A DNA stretch of 64,000 bases from a bacterium (lineage in GTDB: Bacteria > UBA8248), in contig OZ244713.1 in NCBI GenBank assembly GCA_965218885.1, forward strand, positions 3,128,638-3,192,637, written 5' to 3'. The position numbers were made by a program, and so were the translations under genes. Below, one piece after another: positions 38,915 through 50,949 of this stretch (the stretch's first letter is position 1; every line of letters begins with the position of its first letter). Below the pieces are notes generated by a model, which had not been told where the DNA came from, did not search any database, and was given only the letters and a program-made list of their open reading frames with translations.

Positions 38915-39229
38915 ATGCGCCTCGACCAGTTTTTGCGCTATAGCCGCCTGGTCAAGCGACGTCCCCTCGCCAAGAGCCTGGCGGACGGGGGCGCCGTGGA
39001 TATCGAGGGGAAAACGGCCAAAGCCTCCGCCCAGGTGAAAATCGGAGACGTGCTGAGGCTGCGGCTCGAGAACAAGACCCTGCGCATCCGCGTACTGGGG
39101 GAGGCGAGGCGCAATTTGTCGAAAAAAGACGCCTCCGCCCTCTTCGAGGTTCTTGAGGAATCCGCTTCCGCCCTCGATGAGAAAGAGAGTCTCTCGGGCG
39201 CGCCGATGGATTTTTTGAAGCGCCCCTGA
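38915..39229 (+). CDS. S4-domain RNA-binding protein (Hsp15/RqcP-like)
   Basis: MRLDQFLRYSRLVKRRPLAK S4 motif; 104 aa. Confidence 0.75.
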   Translation: MRLDQFLRYSRLVKRRPLAKSLADGGAVDIEGKTAKASAQVKIGDVLRLRLENKTLRIRVLGEARRNLSKKDASALFEVLEESASALDEKESLSGAPMDFLKRP

Positions 39230-39348
39230 TTTCCCTCTTGCTCTTTAAGGGAAAGACTGTTAGTTTTATCGAAATGGCCCGGCTGGATGCTGCGCCGGGT
39301 GGAAATGACATGGTGACATAGAAATTCCCCTTTAATGTCGTCCCGTGA

Positions 39349-39373
39349 GGCGGCGAAGGAGGAAACCCGGATG
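39349..39373 (+). promoter_or_regulatory. PyrR-binding loop in the pyr leader (UCCCGUGAGGCGGCGAAGGAGG)
   Basis: Matches the PyrR anti-antiterminator consensus UCCNGNGAGGC...GAAGGA. Lies immediately 5' of a terminator and pyrR. Confidence 0.7.
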
Positions 39374-39408
39374 CTTGCCGTCCTCTCGTCTGTTCTTAGA
39401 ACTCCATG

Positions 39409-39445
39409 CCCTTTGGGCATGGAGTTTTTTTTGTTCTTTTTTGAT
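39409..39445 (+). terminator. pyr operon attenuator terminator (gaactccatgccc-ttt-gggcatggagtt plus T run)
   Basis: 12-bp perfect stem followed by TTTTTTTTGTTCTTTTTT, 35 nt before pyrR. Confidence 0.8.
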
Positions 39446-39480
39446 ACCGGGCCGCCCGAACATCGGATTTCGCCTTGACG

Positions 39481-40005
39481 ATGAAACAACTCGATGCCGA
39501 GCAGTTAAGGCGCACCTTGAGGCGTCTCTCGCATGAAATACTGGAGCGCACGGCGGATCTGTCGGAACTGGTGTTCATCGGTATTCGCACGCGGGGCGTG
39601 CCGCTCGCGGAAAGACTGGCCGGGGAGCTTCAGTCTCTGGTGGGCGTACGTCCGCTGGTGGGCGCGCTCGACGTGACGCTCTACCGCGACGATTTGAATC
39701 AGGGAGGCGGGGTGAGAACCAGCCTCAAGAAAACGGATCTCCCCTTCTCGTGCGAGGGCAAGGACGTCGTTTTGGTCGACGACGTGCTCTACACGGGCCG
39801 GACGGCGCGCGCCGCTCTGGCCGCGCTCGTCAACTTCGGCCGGCCCCGCAGGGTGCGGCTCGCCATTCTGGTGGACAGGGGAGGGCGGGAACTCCCCATT
39901 CGCGCCGATTTCGTGGGGAAAAACATCGAAGCGATCCATCCCGAGGAGGTGCGGGTGCATCTGGAGGAAACCGACGGCCAGGACGCCGTTTTCAAACGCT
40001 CATAG
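39481..40005 (+). CDS. pyrR: PyrR bifunctional regulator / uracil phosphoribosyltransferase
   Basis: PRTase motif [18 protein letters not shown]. First gene of the pyr operon. Confidence 0.9.
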   Translation: MKQLDAEQLRRTLRRLSHEILERTADLSELVFIGIRTRGVPLAERLAGELQSLVGVRPLVGALDVTLYRDDLNQGGGVRTSLKKTDLPFSCEGKDVVLVDDVLYTGRTARAALAALVNFGRPRRVRLAILVDRGGRELPIRADFVGKNIEAIHPEEVRVHLEETDGQDAVFKRS

Positions 40006-40033
40006 AAATCAAGGCGTTACGGGGGGGAGGATT

Positions 40034-41048
<1,015 letters not shown>

Positions 41049-41065
<17 letters not shown>

Positions 41066-42371
41066 GGGAGGACGCCTCATCGACCCTTCAGGCGGCGTCG
41101 ATGAGAAGTGCGATATTCTGATTGAAGAGGGAAAAATCGCGCACAGAAAAAAGAACATATTGCCGCGCGGCGGGGATGAAATCATCGACGCCGAGGGACT
41201 CGTCGTCGCGCCCGGGTTCATCGACATGCACGTCCATTTCAGGGAACCGGGGCAGGAATACAAGGAAGACATCGAGAGCGGCACCCGCGCCGCCGCCGCG
41301 GGCGGCTTCACCGGCGTGGCGTGCATGGCGAATACCGACCCGATCAACGATACGAGTTCCATCACCGAGCGCATTCTGAAGCGCACGCGCGAGGTGGGTT
41401 CGTGCCGCGTGTTCCCCATCGGCTCTGTTTCGGTGGGCCTCAAGGGTGAGGAGTTGAGCGAGATGGCCGAGCAGATAGAGGCGGGCGCGGTGGCCTTCAG
41501 CGACGACGGCGTACCCGTCAAGACGGCCGCCTTGATGCGCGCAGCCCTCGAATACGCCGGAATGCTGGGGGTGAGCGTGCTCGACCATGCAGAGGATATG
41601 ACGCTCTCAGGCGGCAAGATGATGAACGAGGGGGCGATGTCCACCCTGCTCGGCCTGGCGGGGAACCCGGCGGCGAGCGAGGACATCTGCGTCTATCGGG
41701 ATATCCGCCTCGCGGAACTGACAGGAGGCAGGCTCCACATTCTGCATATATCCTCCGCAGGCGCGGTGGACCTGGTGCGTCAGGCGCGGGCGCGCGGCGT
41801 TCGCGTGACGGCGGAGGTGACGCCGCACCATTTCTCCCTGACCGACGAGGTGATTCAGGACTTCGACTCATCCGCCAAGATGGCGCCTCCTCTGCGTGAG
41901 GAGGCGAACAGACAGGCGCTCCTGGAGGGCCTTAAGGACGGCACGATATCCGCCATCGCCTCGGACCACGCGCCGCACTACGAGGCGGAAACCCAGCGGG
42001 AGTTCGACGCCGTGCCGTTCGGCATCGTGGGCTTGGAGACGGCCGTGTCCCTCGCGCTGGACAGGCTGGTGGGCGGGGGCGTGCTCACGTTGGCCGAGAT
42101 GATCGCGAAATTCACGGCGGGGCCGTGCGAAGTGCTGGGCCTGCCCTACGGCACGCTGAAAGAAGGCGCTCCGGGGGACGTGACGATTTTAGACCCCGAG
42201 CGCAAGGTGGTCGTCGACCCCGACACTTTCGAGAGCAACGGTTCGAACACTCCTTTCGCCGGCTGGAAGCTCAAGGGTTGCGCCGTGGCCACGGTCGTTG
42301 CCGGAAACCTGCGGATGAGCAGGCTTGCGGGTGAAATGAAAATCTCCGCACAGGAGGCGCTCACTCCATGA
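41049..42371 (+). CDS. pyrC: Dihydroorotase (multifunctional-complex type)
   Basis: [10 protein letters not shown] metal site and SDHAPH motif; 440 aa. Confidence 0.9.
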
Positions 42372-43459
42372 AAGGTCGGAAAATCAAACCGGCGCTCCTG
42401 GCCCTGGAGGACGGCAGAGTCTTCCGGGGCATGAGTTTCGGGGCGGATTCCGACGTAGAAGGCGAACTCGTCTTCAACACGGCGATGACGGGCTATCAGG
42501 AGGTGCTCACCGACCCCTCCTACCGCGGCCAGATGGTGGTGATGACGTATCCCCACATCGGGAATTACGGCGTCATCCCCGGCGATGAGGAATCCCGCCG
42601 CGTCTGGGTCGAGGCGTTCATCGTGAAAGAAGTGTGCAGGCGCCACAGCAATTTCCGCGCGAGCGAAGACCTGGACACCTATCTCAAAAAAGAGGGCGTT
42701 CCCGGCATCGAGGGCGTCGACACCCGCGCGCTCACGCGCCACATCAGGGAGGCGGGCGCTCTGCGAGCGATACTTTCCTCAAAGGATCTGGACGAAAGAA
42801 GCCTCATCGCCCGCGCCCAGGCGAGCCCCGGCCTCGATGGGCGCGACATGGTGCGCGACGTCACCTGCGAGGTCGCGCACGCCTGGGGCGAGAGAAATGG
42901 CCGCCCGCTTTGCGTGGCCTATGATCTGGGGGCGAAGGACAACATTTTTCGCGAACTGGGCCGAAGGTTCGACCTCGAAATCGTGCCGGCTTCAGAATCC
43001 GCCGAGAGCGTGCTGGCGAGAAAGCCCGCCGCCGTATTCTTATCAAACGGACCCGGCGACCCGGCCGCGCTCGGCTACGTCGTGGAAAACGTAAAAAACA
43101 TCATGGGAAGGGTGCCCGTCGTGGGCATCTGCCTGGGACACCAGATTCTGGCGCAGGCTCTGGGCGGCAGGACGTACAAGCTCAAATTCGGCCACCACGG
43201 GGCGAACCACCCCGTCCAGGACTTGAGCACGAAAAAGGTGGACATCACCTCGCAGAACCACTCCTTCGCCGTCGACCCCGAGAGCCTGCCCGCAGGCGTG
43301 GCCGTCACGCATTCCTCCCTGAACGACGGCACTTGCGAGGGCTTGAGGTCGGACTCCCCCAAGGTGTTCAGCGTGCAGTACCACCCCGAGGCCTGCCCCG
43401 GCCCGCACGACGCGGGCGCGTTGTTCGATGAGTTCTTCAGCTTCTGCGTGGGGGAGTAG
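42368..43459 (+). CDS. carA: Carbamoyl-phosphate synthase small (glutaminase) subunit
   Basis: GATase catalytic motif VVGICLGHQ; 363 aa. Confidence 0.92.
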   Translation: MKGRKIKPALLALEDGRVFRGMSFGADSDVEGELVFNTAMTGYQEVLTDPSYRGQMVVMTYPHIGNYGVIPGDEESRRVWVEAFIVKEVCRRHSNFRASEDLDTYLKKEGVPGIEGVDTRALTRHIREAGALRAILSSKDLDERSLIARAQASPGLDGRDMVRDVTCEVAHAWGERNGRPLCVAYDLGAKDNIFRELGRRFDLEIVPASESAESVLARKPAAVFLSNGPGDPAALGYVVENVKNIMGRVPVVGICLGHQILAQALGGRTYKLKFGHHGANHPVQDLSTKKVDITSQNHSFAVDPESLPAGVAVTHSSLNDGTCEGLRSDSPKVFSVQYHPEACPGPHDAGALFDEFFSFCVGE

Positions 43460-43561
43460 GGAGTGCGTGCGACGGATTCGTGTAAGGACGATAAGACATT
43501 GAATCAACAGGAATTTGAAACGGCCCTTGTATTTTCCTTTTTCCAGCGGGTGGCTTGATTC

Positions 43562-46500
43562 ATGCCGAAAAGAACGGACATTTCCAAAATACTCATCATC
43601 GGCTCCGGCCCCATCGTCATCGGGCAGGCGTGCGAATTCGACTATTCGGGCGCGCAGGCGTGCAAGGCCCTGCGCGAGGAGGGCTACGAGGTGGTGCTGG
43701 TGAACTCGAATCCCGCCACCATCATGACCGACCCCGAGATGGCCGACGCCACCTACGTCGAACCCATCACGCCCAGGGTGGTGGAGGAGATCATCAAAAT
43801 AGAGCGGCCAGACGCTCTCCTGCCCACCATGGGCGGACAGACGGGGCTGAACACGGCGGTGGCGCTGGCCGAGTCCGGCGTGCTCGACGCCTGGGGCGTG
43901 GAGCTCATCGGCGCGAAGCTGCCCGCCATCCGCTGTGCGGAAGACAGGGACCTGTTCAAGAAGGCGATGCGCGAGATAGGCCTCGATCTGCCCCGAAGCG
44001 AGGTCGTCACCACGATGGATGAGGGCTGGACGGCGGCGCGCGACATCGGCTTTCCGGTCATCTTGAGGCCCGCCTTCACGCTGGGCGGCTCTGGCGGGGC
44101 CGTGGCGTTCACCGAGGAGGAGTTCGAGGCGAAACTCGCCTGGGCCCTCTCCGAAAGCCCGGTGGATCAGGTTTTATTGGAAGAAAGCGTCCTGGGCTGG
44201 AAGGAATTCGAGTTGGAAGTGATGAGGGACCTCAAGGACAACGTGTCCATCATCTGCTCCATCGAGAATTTCGACCCCATGGGCGTCCACACGGGCGATT
44301 CCATCACCGTCGCGCCCGCGCAGACGCTCTCCGACCGCGAATACCAGGCCATGCGCGACGCCGCCATCGCCTGCATCCGCAAGGTGGGGGTCGAGTGCGG
44401 CGGCTCGAACATCCAATTCGGCCTAAACCCCGCGGATGGCCGGATGGTCGTGATCGAGATGAACCCCAGGGTGTCGAGAAGCTCCGCCCTTGCGAGCAAG
44501 GCCACCGGGTTTCCCATCGCCAAGATAGCCGCCAAGCTCGCCGTGGGGCTAACGCTCGATGAGATACCCAACGACATCACGCGGCGCACACCTGCTTCTT
44601 TCGAGCCCTCCATCGACTATTGCGTCACGAAGATACCGCGCTTCACCTTTGAGAAATTCCCCGAAACGCCACCCGTCCTCGACACCCAGATGCGCTCGGT
44701 GGGGGAGGTGATGTCCATCGGCAGAACGTTCCGGGAATCGCTCATGAAAGCCGTCCGCTCGCTCGAGATCGACCGCTACGGCTTGGCGGACCCCAAGCCC
44801 GAAGAGCTCGAAGGGTTATCCGCCGATGCGCGCAAGGAGCTGATTTCAGAGAGTTTGAGGATACCCGGCCCCGATCGTCTATGGAGCGTCGCCCGCGCGT
44901 ACAGGGAAGGATGGACGGAAGAGGAGATTTACGGCGCGTCGGGGGTCGACCCCTGGTTTCTCGCGCATCTGGCCGAACTCGTGGAAATGGAAGAATACGC
45001 CGCAGCGCCCGGTCTGCTGGGCGAAGAGGCGAGCCTTCGCTTTTTGAAGCAAAACGGCTTCAGCGACCTGGACATCGCCCGGAGACAGGGCGTGGACGAG
45101 GGAGCGGTGCGTGCGGCGAGACACCGCCTGGGCGTCCGGCCCGTTTATAAGCAGGTGGATACCTGCGCCGCGGAATTCGAGGCCCATACGCCGTATCTCT
45201 ACTCGACCTATGAGCAGGAAGACGAGGCCCCGCCGACTGCGCGCGAAAAGATCATCATCCTGGGCGGCGGGCCGAACCGCATCGGGCAGGGCATCGAGTT
45301 CGACTATTGCTGCGTGCACGCCGTGATGGCGCTGGCGGAAGCCGGCTTCGAGGCCATCATGGTGAACTGCAACCCCGAGACGGTGAGCACGGACTACGAT
45401 ACGAGCGACAGGCTCTATTTCGAACCCCTCACGCTCGAGGACGTGCTCGAAATCGTTCACCGCGAAAACCCCGTGGGCGTCATCGTGCAGTTCGGCGGCC
45501 AGACGCCGCTCAAGCTCGCCCTGGCGCTCAAAGAGGCGGGCGCGCCGATTCTGGGAACCTCGCCCGAGAGCATCGATCTGACCGAGGACAGGGACCGCTT
45601 CAGCAACATGCTCAAACAACTCCATCTCACCCAGCCGCCATCGGGCACGGCCACGAACACCGAGGATGCGCTCGAGATCGCGCGCGCCATCGGCTATCCC
45701 GTTCTCATGCGTCCGAGCTACGTGCTCGGCGGGCGCGCCATGGCGCTCGTGCACGATGCGGACGAACTCGCGGCTTATATGCGGGACGCCGTCCGCGCCT
45801 CCGCCGAGCGGCCCGTGCTCATCGACAGGTTTCTGGAAGACTCCGTGGAGGTCGACGTGGATGCGGTCTCGGACGGCGAGAACGTGATCATCGCGGGCGT
45901 GATGGAGCATATCGAAGAAGCGGGAATCCACAGCGGCGATTCCGCCTGCTCGATTCCCCCCTACACGCTGGGGCCCGACATCGTGGAGGAGTTAAAGCGC
46001 CAGACGAGGATTCTGGCGAAATCACTGAACGTCGTGGGTCTCAACAACGTGCAGTTCGCCATCCACAAGCGCCAGGTCTTCATTCTGGAGGTGAACCCGC
46101 GCGCGAGCCGCACGGTGCCCTACGTGAGCAAGGTCGTCGGCGTGCCCTTCGCCAAGGTCGCCGCCCGCGTGATGGCGGGCGAGACGCTCCCCGCGCTGGG
46201 TCTCGATCACGACGTGGAGCCCAGGCATTTCGGCGTGAAAGAGGCGGTGTTCCCGTTCAAGAAATTCCCCGGCGTGGACGTGATCCTGGGACCCGAGATG
46301 AAATCCACGGGCGAGGTGATGGGTTTGGGGGAGGATTTCCCCACGGCCTATCTCAAGGCGCAGGAGGGGGCCGGCTCCGTCCTGCCGCTTTCGGGCCGGG
46401 CGTTCATCTCCGTTCGGGACGGGGACAAGGCGGCCATCATCCCCCTGGCGCAACTGCTCGTCGAACTCGGGTTCTCCCTGGTGGCGACGGCGGGCACGAG

Positions 46501-46813
46501 AGCGACGCTCATGGCCAACGGCATCGAGGCGGATTTCGTCCATAAGGTGACGGACGGCGAGCCGGGCCACATCGTGGAGCAGATGGAGGCGGGGGAGGTG
46601 CAGTTCGTGCTCAACACCACGGCGGGCAAGCAATCCATCAAGGACAGCTATTCCATACGCAGAACGGCGCTTTTGCGCAACATTTTCTATTGCACCACAC
46701 TGGCCGCCGGGCAGGCGGCCATCCGCGCCATCCGGATTCTGCGCGAAAACGATTACTCGGTGCGCTCCTTACAGGATTATCACGCAAACATGCCCACCCT
46801 CGCGCGTGTCTAG
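43562..46813 (+). CDS. carB: Carbamoyl-phosphate synthase large subunit
   Basis: 1083 aa with duplicated ATP-grasp halves and an MGS-like C-terminal domain. Confidence 0.95.
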   Translation: MPKRTDISKILIIGSGPIVIGQACEFDYSGAQACKALREEGYEVVLVNSNPATIMTDPEMADATYVEPITPRVVEEIIKIERPDALLPTMGGQTGLNTAVALAESGVLDAWGVELIGAKLPAIRCAEDRDLFKKAMREIGLDLPRSEVVTTMDEGWTAARDIGFPVILRPAFTLGGSGGAVAFTEEEFEAKLAWALSESPVDQVLLEESVLGWKEFELEVMRDLKDNVSIICSIENFDPMGVHTGDSITVAPAQTLSDREYQAMRDAAIACIRKVGVECGGSNIQFGLNPADGRMVVIEMNPRVSRSSALASKATGFPIAKIAAKLAVGLTLDEIPNDITRRTPASFEPSIDYCVTKIPRFTFEKFPETPPVLDTQMRSVGEVMSIGRTFRESLMKAVRSLEIDRYGLADPKPEELEGLSADARKELISESLRIPGPDRLWSVARAYREGWTEEEIYGASGVDPWFLAHLAELVEMEEYAAAPGLLGEEASLRFLKQNGFSDLDIARRQGVDEGAVRAARHRLGVRPVYKQVDTCAAEFEAHTPYLYSTYEQEDEAPPTAREKIIILGGGPNRIGQGIEFDYCCVHAVMALAEAGFEAIMVNCNPETVSTDYDTSDRLYFEPLTLEDVLEIVHRENPVGVIVQFGGQTPLKLALALKEAGAPILGTSPESIDLTEDRDRFSNMLKQLHLTQPPSGTATNTEDALEIARAIGYPVLMRPSYVLGGRAMALVHDADELAAYMRDAVRASAERPVLIDRFLEDSVEVDVDAVSDGENVIIAGVMEHIEEAGIHSGDSACSIPPYTLGPDIVEELKRQTRILAKSLNVVGLNNVQFAIHKRQVFILEVNPRASRTVPYVSKVVGVPFAKVAARVMAGETLPALGLDHDVEPRHFGVKEAVFPFKKFPGVDVILGPEMKSTGEVMGLGEDFPTAYLKAQEGAGSVLPLSGRAFISVRDGDKAAIIPLAQLLVELGFSLVATAGTRATLMANGIEADFVHKVTDGEPGHIVEQMEAGEVQFVLNTTAGKQSIKDSYSIRRTALLRNIFYCTTLAAGQAAIRAIRILRENDYSVRSLQDYHANMPTLARV

Positions 46814-46889
46814 CCATTCCCATCCAGCGATTCAGAGTGTAGAGTAGCGTTTTTTGAGATTCTCGCCGCACCTCGTGAGGCCCGGGCGC

Positions 46890-47156
46890 ATGTTTCGATT
46901 CATTTTTTATCTGGTTTTGTCCTGGCTGATATTCTATCTTATTCGTAGCTTAATCAGCGGCGTGACGCAGAAAAAAACCGAGGCCGAGGACGGCGTGGAC
47001 GATGAAATGTTGAATTGTCCCGAATGCGAGACGTTCTTCCCATCCCGCATGGGAATTACGAAACGCGCGGGCGGCGGCAGGCATTCGTTCTGCAGCGTCT
47101 CGTGCGCCGAAAAATTCGCCGAAAGAGGCGGGCCGCCGGAGGCGGAGGATGGATGA
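46890..47156 (+). CDS. Small membrane-anchored zinc-ribbon protein (hypothetical)
   Basis: N-terminal TM helix FIFYLVLSWLIFYLI, then CPECE...CSVSC. Confidence 0.45.
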   Translation: MFRFIFYLVLSWLIFYLIRSLISGVTQKKTEAEDGVDDEMLNCPECETFFPSRMGITKRAGGGRHSFCSVSCAEKFAERGGPPEAEDG

Positions 47157-47277
47157 AAACGTATTGACCCGGTTCGTCCGCATGGGCCCTGAGAGAGGAG
47201 CGAGGCGGGGGTAGCGGCCGCATGAAAACCTGGGCGCCGGATGGATCGGAACGGACGCTGAAAACACAGGAGAACGC

Positions 47278-47954
47278 GATGTCGAGCGGATCGACCGACC
47301 CGAACGCGCGCGGTGAAGACGGATCCACGGCCTTACACCATGCGGTGATGGGTGAAGGCGTGGGAGCCGTCGAGAGCCTGCTCGCGGCCGGGGCCGAGGT
47401 GGATGCGCGCGACAAGAACGGATGGACGCCGCTCCACTGGGCGGCGCGCCACGCCGAAGACCCGGCGGTGCTCGGCGTCTTGACGCGGGCCGGCGCTCAG
47501 CGAGGCTCCTGCGATCCTGGAAGCGCTTCTCGAAGCCGGGGCCGACCCCAACGCGGAGGGTATATACGGATGGACGCCTCTTCATGCGGCGGCGGCCTTT
47601 AGAAGAACCGGGACGAACGTGGAGATATTGGTGCGTGGGGGCGCCCGGGTGGACACGCCGGACAGAAGAGGCCTGGCGCCCCTTCACTGGGCGGGGATGC
47701 GCACCAAGGCCCCCGAGATCGTGAAGGCCCTCCTCGCGGCGGGCGCCAACCCCGACGTGCGCGACAAGCGTGTGCGAACCCCGCTTCACTACGCGGCGGC
47801 GAAAGACGAAGTCCTCCTCGAAGTCGTCGAAGCCCTCCTCGACGCAGGCGCAGACCCCGCCGCGCGAGATTCCGAGAGTAGGACGCCTGCTGAGGGTGTC
47901 AAGCCTGACTCTTCGTTTCTGGGAACGGAGGCGTACCGGAGATTGGGTGGGTAG
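47278..47954 (+). pseudogene. Ankyrin-repeat protein disrupted by a frameshifting deletion between repeats near 47500
   Basis: ANK consensus (GxTPLHxAA...LLxAGAD) runs in the frame of ORF 47222-47602 up to LTRAGAQ. It then continues in the frame of ORF 47619-47954 from AILEALLEAGADPNAEG. About 20 codons of one repeat are missing at the junction. Confidence 0.6.
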
Positions 47955-48095
47955 GGAGCGAATCTGACCGATGAGCGGGTGAGTTTTCCTTCCCTTGGGT
48001 GATTTTCTCTGAAGCTACAGGCAGTTTTCTGTCATGTCGAACATCTTCGAGAACATCGATAAGATCGACAGAAGAAGTACAAAGCGCTAAACACG

Positions 48096-48506
48096 TCAAT
48101 CTTGCGCATCTGACTCATCTGGAATAGTAGAACTTCTATCTTGTTCTGCAATACGTTTTTTAATTTTCCTCACAACATCAGTAACTTCGCCCTTCATTTT
48201 ATACCACATGAGCATGCAAAAAGATCCGCCAACAATGCCTACAACGCTTAGGACTACAAATACGACGAAGATTTTAGTCGACGGAATATCAACGCTGAAC
48301 AACGTGCCTAAGAATGAAATTCCTATTGATAATAGGAAAATCCCAAAATTCAATAGAAGTGAGCTAGGCGAGCCTTTCTCTAATATGTCTAATTCATTAT
48401 CCGTTATTTCATACAATGACAATGAATCTACACGACCGCGCACGATTCTAACTTCGTTGTCCCCTGTAACTTCGTTATGTTCTGGAAGATTCCCCTCTTG
48501 GCTCAC
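48096..48506 (-). CDS. Small two-TM membrane protein in a low-GC island (hypothetical)
   Basis: 136 aa with two hydrophobic helices and a charged C-terminal tail. Its start overlaps the stop of the upstream 87-aa gene. Confidence 0.5.
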   Translation of the reverse strand: MSQEGNLPEHNEVTGDNEVRIVRGRVDSLSLYEITDNELDILEKGSPSSLLLNFGIFLLSIGISFLGTLFSVDIPSTKIFVVFVVLSVVGIVGGSFCMLMWYKMKGEVTDVVRKIKKRIAEQDRSSTIPDESDAQD

Positions 48507-48769
48507 TATAGATTGTCCTTGAGCCAGTCGTTTCTACACTGGGTATTACGCCACGCAGCTTCGACGCCAGACTTCACAACAAATAGACGGTCGTCACTAT
48601 CCATGACACCGCTAAGATGGTCACGTATATCAATCGCGGACTTAGTTGTAACAACTGCCCAAGTAGAGTCGGTAATGCGTGCCCATTTGTTATACGATTT
48701 TATTGCGTCGTACAGGGACTCGTAGTCTCTCTTTTTTCTTAGGTCATACGAAATGATGTAGCAGGTCAT
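48506..48769 (-). CDS. Small alpha/beta protein with a Cas2/VapD-like beta-alpha-beta-beta-alpha-beta pattern (hypothetical, 87 aa)
   Basis: YIISYDL..(helix)..WARITDSTWAVV..(helix)..DDRLFVV layout. Low GC. The similarity to Cas2/VapD is by secondary-structure pattern only. Confidence 0.4.
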   Translation of the reverse strand: MTCYIISYDLRKKRDYESLYDAIKSYNKWARITDSTWAVVTTKSAIDIRDHLSGVMDSDDRLFVVKSGVEAAWRNTQCRNDWLKDNL

Positions 48770-49274
48770 TAATACACCTTATTGTTTTAACGTGGCTCAG
48801 CGTTCAAATGGTTAGTTATAAATACAACATAAATATCTTGAAGAGTGCATGCAGGTTAATTGATAATTCGATAAACAAATTTCACTCTGGATAGGAGACA
48901 TTGGTAATTTCAATTGTGGGTTAGTATGTAATCCCTGACAAAGCGAGAATGAAAATGATAAACATGTGGTCACAATGTTTCAATACTCATAGTCAAAATA
49001 ATTTTACTCTATTTCGTTAAGTCGATCTAGTTCTGCCAAGATTCCTTCTAATTCAGGTAGTTTTATTCGGGTATGGATCATTTACCAGTGCAAAGGACGT
49101 GTATTGGTTGTTCAAATTGGTGCGAGTGAAAAGCGAAGCCCGAACGAACTGTTCAGGAGTAAACCTTGATATGATGATGACTCTAGGATAGAGATACGAA
49201 ATGACACATATCAAGAAACAACAATATCCGCGCCCAGAAGAAATAAACGAATAAAATTGCCAAGGAGATTGACG

Positions 49275-49568
49275 ATGGCTAAAACAGATGTGAATGTCCG
49301 CGAAGCATCAGTATGGGCTGTTGAGGCAAAGTGCGGTGATTCCTCTTCTCGCTGGCGATTTAATAAGGAAAGCGATGCAAAGTGGTTTAGAAAGATTGCT
49401 CAAGAATGGTACTGTGCTCGTTGTCCTAAATGCGGAATGAAAGATATCGTGAATATAAACTTAGAATTAAATGATCACTATGATGAAGATCAAGAGATAT
49501 TCACAGAAGTGATAGTGTCCTGTGGCTTCTGGGATTGTGACTTCGCAAAGAGGATAGTGCAATCTTAA
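49275..49568 (+). CDS. Small Cys-rich (zinc-finger-like) protein, hypothetical (97 aa)
   Basis: AAGGAG RBS before MAKTDVNV; motifs CARCPKCG and SCGFWDCDF. Low GC. Confidence 0.45.
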   Translation: MAKTDVNVREASVWAVEAKCGDSSSRWRFNKESDAKWFRKIAQEWYCARCPKCGMKDIVNINLELNDHYDEDQEIFTEVIVSCGFWDCDFAKRIVQS

Positions 49569-49641
49569 GAGCTCGTAAAGGCTGATAGGATATTTTTAAG
49601 GCATCTCCTGGGACTGTATTGAGAAAGAGAAGTTTTTTGCT

Positions 49642-49792
49642 CACTCCCCCCTTGAGGGGGAGTCGGTGAGCTAAGGGGGTAAGTCCGCAAGCGAACCGGT
49701 GGGGGGTGCTTTTCATTTAGAACCGTCCCCCCACCGCCTCAGCCTTCGCACAAAACGCTCGGCTTCGTCGACTCCCCCTCAAGGGGGGAGTG
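49642..49792. repeat. MITE-like structured element with 24-bp palindromic terminal inverted repeats (cactccccccttgagggggagtcg) and an internal G6/C6 hairpin
   Basis: TIRs at 49642-49665 and 49769-49792. A second copy lies in inverse orientation at 56944-57135. Confidence 0.7.
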
Positions 49793-49995
49793 AACTTCAA
49801 AAGCATGCGCGCAACCCAAATCGCTCCCCGGGACTTTTTCAACAGCCCCACATCAGTCGCGTTTGACCCAGCAGGCGCGAACTTCGCCCTTCAATACGCG
49901 GCTTCGCCGCTACTCAGGGTGAGGCGGAGCGGCAGGTTGCTCACGGGAGGCGATTCGCATTATCTGATTGCGCCTATTCCGCAAAGGGAGCCGCG

Positions 49996-50088
49996 CCATG
50001 CCGACGCTCAAGGTCGACCTGACGGAGAATCAGGAAGAATTGATCGAGAATCTGGTCGCATCCGGCCGCTACCGCGACGCCGGTGAGG
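49996..50088 (+). pseudogene. ParD/RHH antitoxin N-terminal fragment (MPTLKVDLTENQEELIENLVASGRYRDAGEV) fused to an unrelated gene fragment
   Basis: SGRY..AGEV ParD/CopG signature. The reading frame runs directly into the mid-portion of a substrate-binding-protein gene with no stop. Confidence 0.55.
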
Positions 50089-50940
50089 TACTTCGACCGG
50101 ACGCTGGGCAAGGGCAACTACGTGGTCAAGACCTTCAAGATGGGCAAGCTGATGATGCAGGCTCTGCTCTCCAACTCGCTGGACGTGGGCGGGGCGGCCT
50201 CGCGGCCCTTCGTCACCTCGACGGCGAAGTCGAAGAGGATCACGGGGCTGGGAATCTCGAACTACTACTGCCGTTCCGCGCACTTGATGGTCCGGACGGA
50301 TTCCAAAATCCGCTCCGTTGCGGATCTGAAAGGCAAGCGCCTGGGGATCGGCAAAGCCTCGGGAACGAACTTCATCTTCCGGAACTTCATCGCCCCGGCC
50401 CACGGGCTGAAGAAGGGCGATTGGACGGTGATCAACACCCTGGCCACGGATCGGGTAGCGGCGCTGCGATCCGGCAACGTGGAGATGATCATGGTGGCGA
50501 ATCCCTCCGCCTCGATCGCGCAGGAGAAGGGATACGCGCGCACCCTGGAGAATTATTGCAATTACGCAAAAGTCTACTGGCTCATCTTGACGCGGAAAAA
50601 GGCGGTCGAGGAGCAGTCCGACCGGGTCGTCAAGTTCCTGCGCGGGTGGCTCAGGGCGGTTCGGCTTCAAAAGGAAAATCCGGCGCTCTACGCGCGCACC
50701 TATTGGCAACATCTCCAATCGAAGGGATCGAAGCTCTCTCTCGAACTGGTGCGCAAGAACGTGGACGACCTGGAGTTCCCGGCGCCGCTGATCGATGAGA
50801 ACGAGCGCAAATGGCTGGTCGGCGTGGCGAAGGTCCTGAAGAAGGAGAAGAAGCTGCCGCGCACGCGCACCTTCCGGGACGGGGACGGCTTCGATTTGGC
50901 TCCGCTGAGAAAAGCCCTCAAGGCCGAGGGCATGATGTAG
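50089..50940 (+). pseudogene. 5'-truncated NMT1/SsuA-like ABC substrate-binding protein fragment
   Basis: Sulfonate/nitrate-type SBP body (KGKRLGIGKASGTNF...). It lacks a signal peptide and N-terminal region, and the ORF has no credible start of its own. Confidence 0.55.
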
Positions 50941-50949
50941 CCGCCGCGC

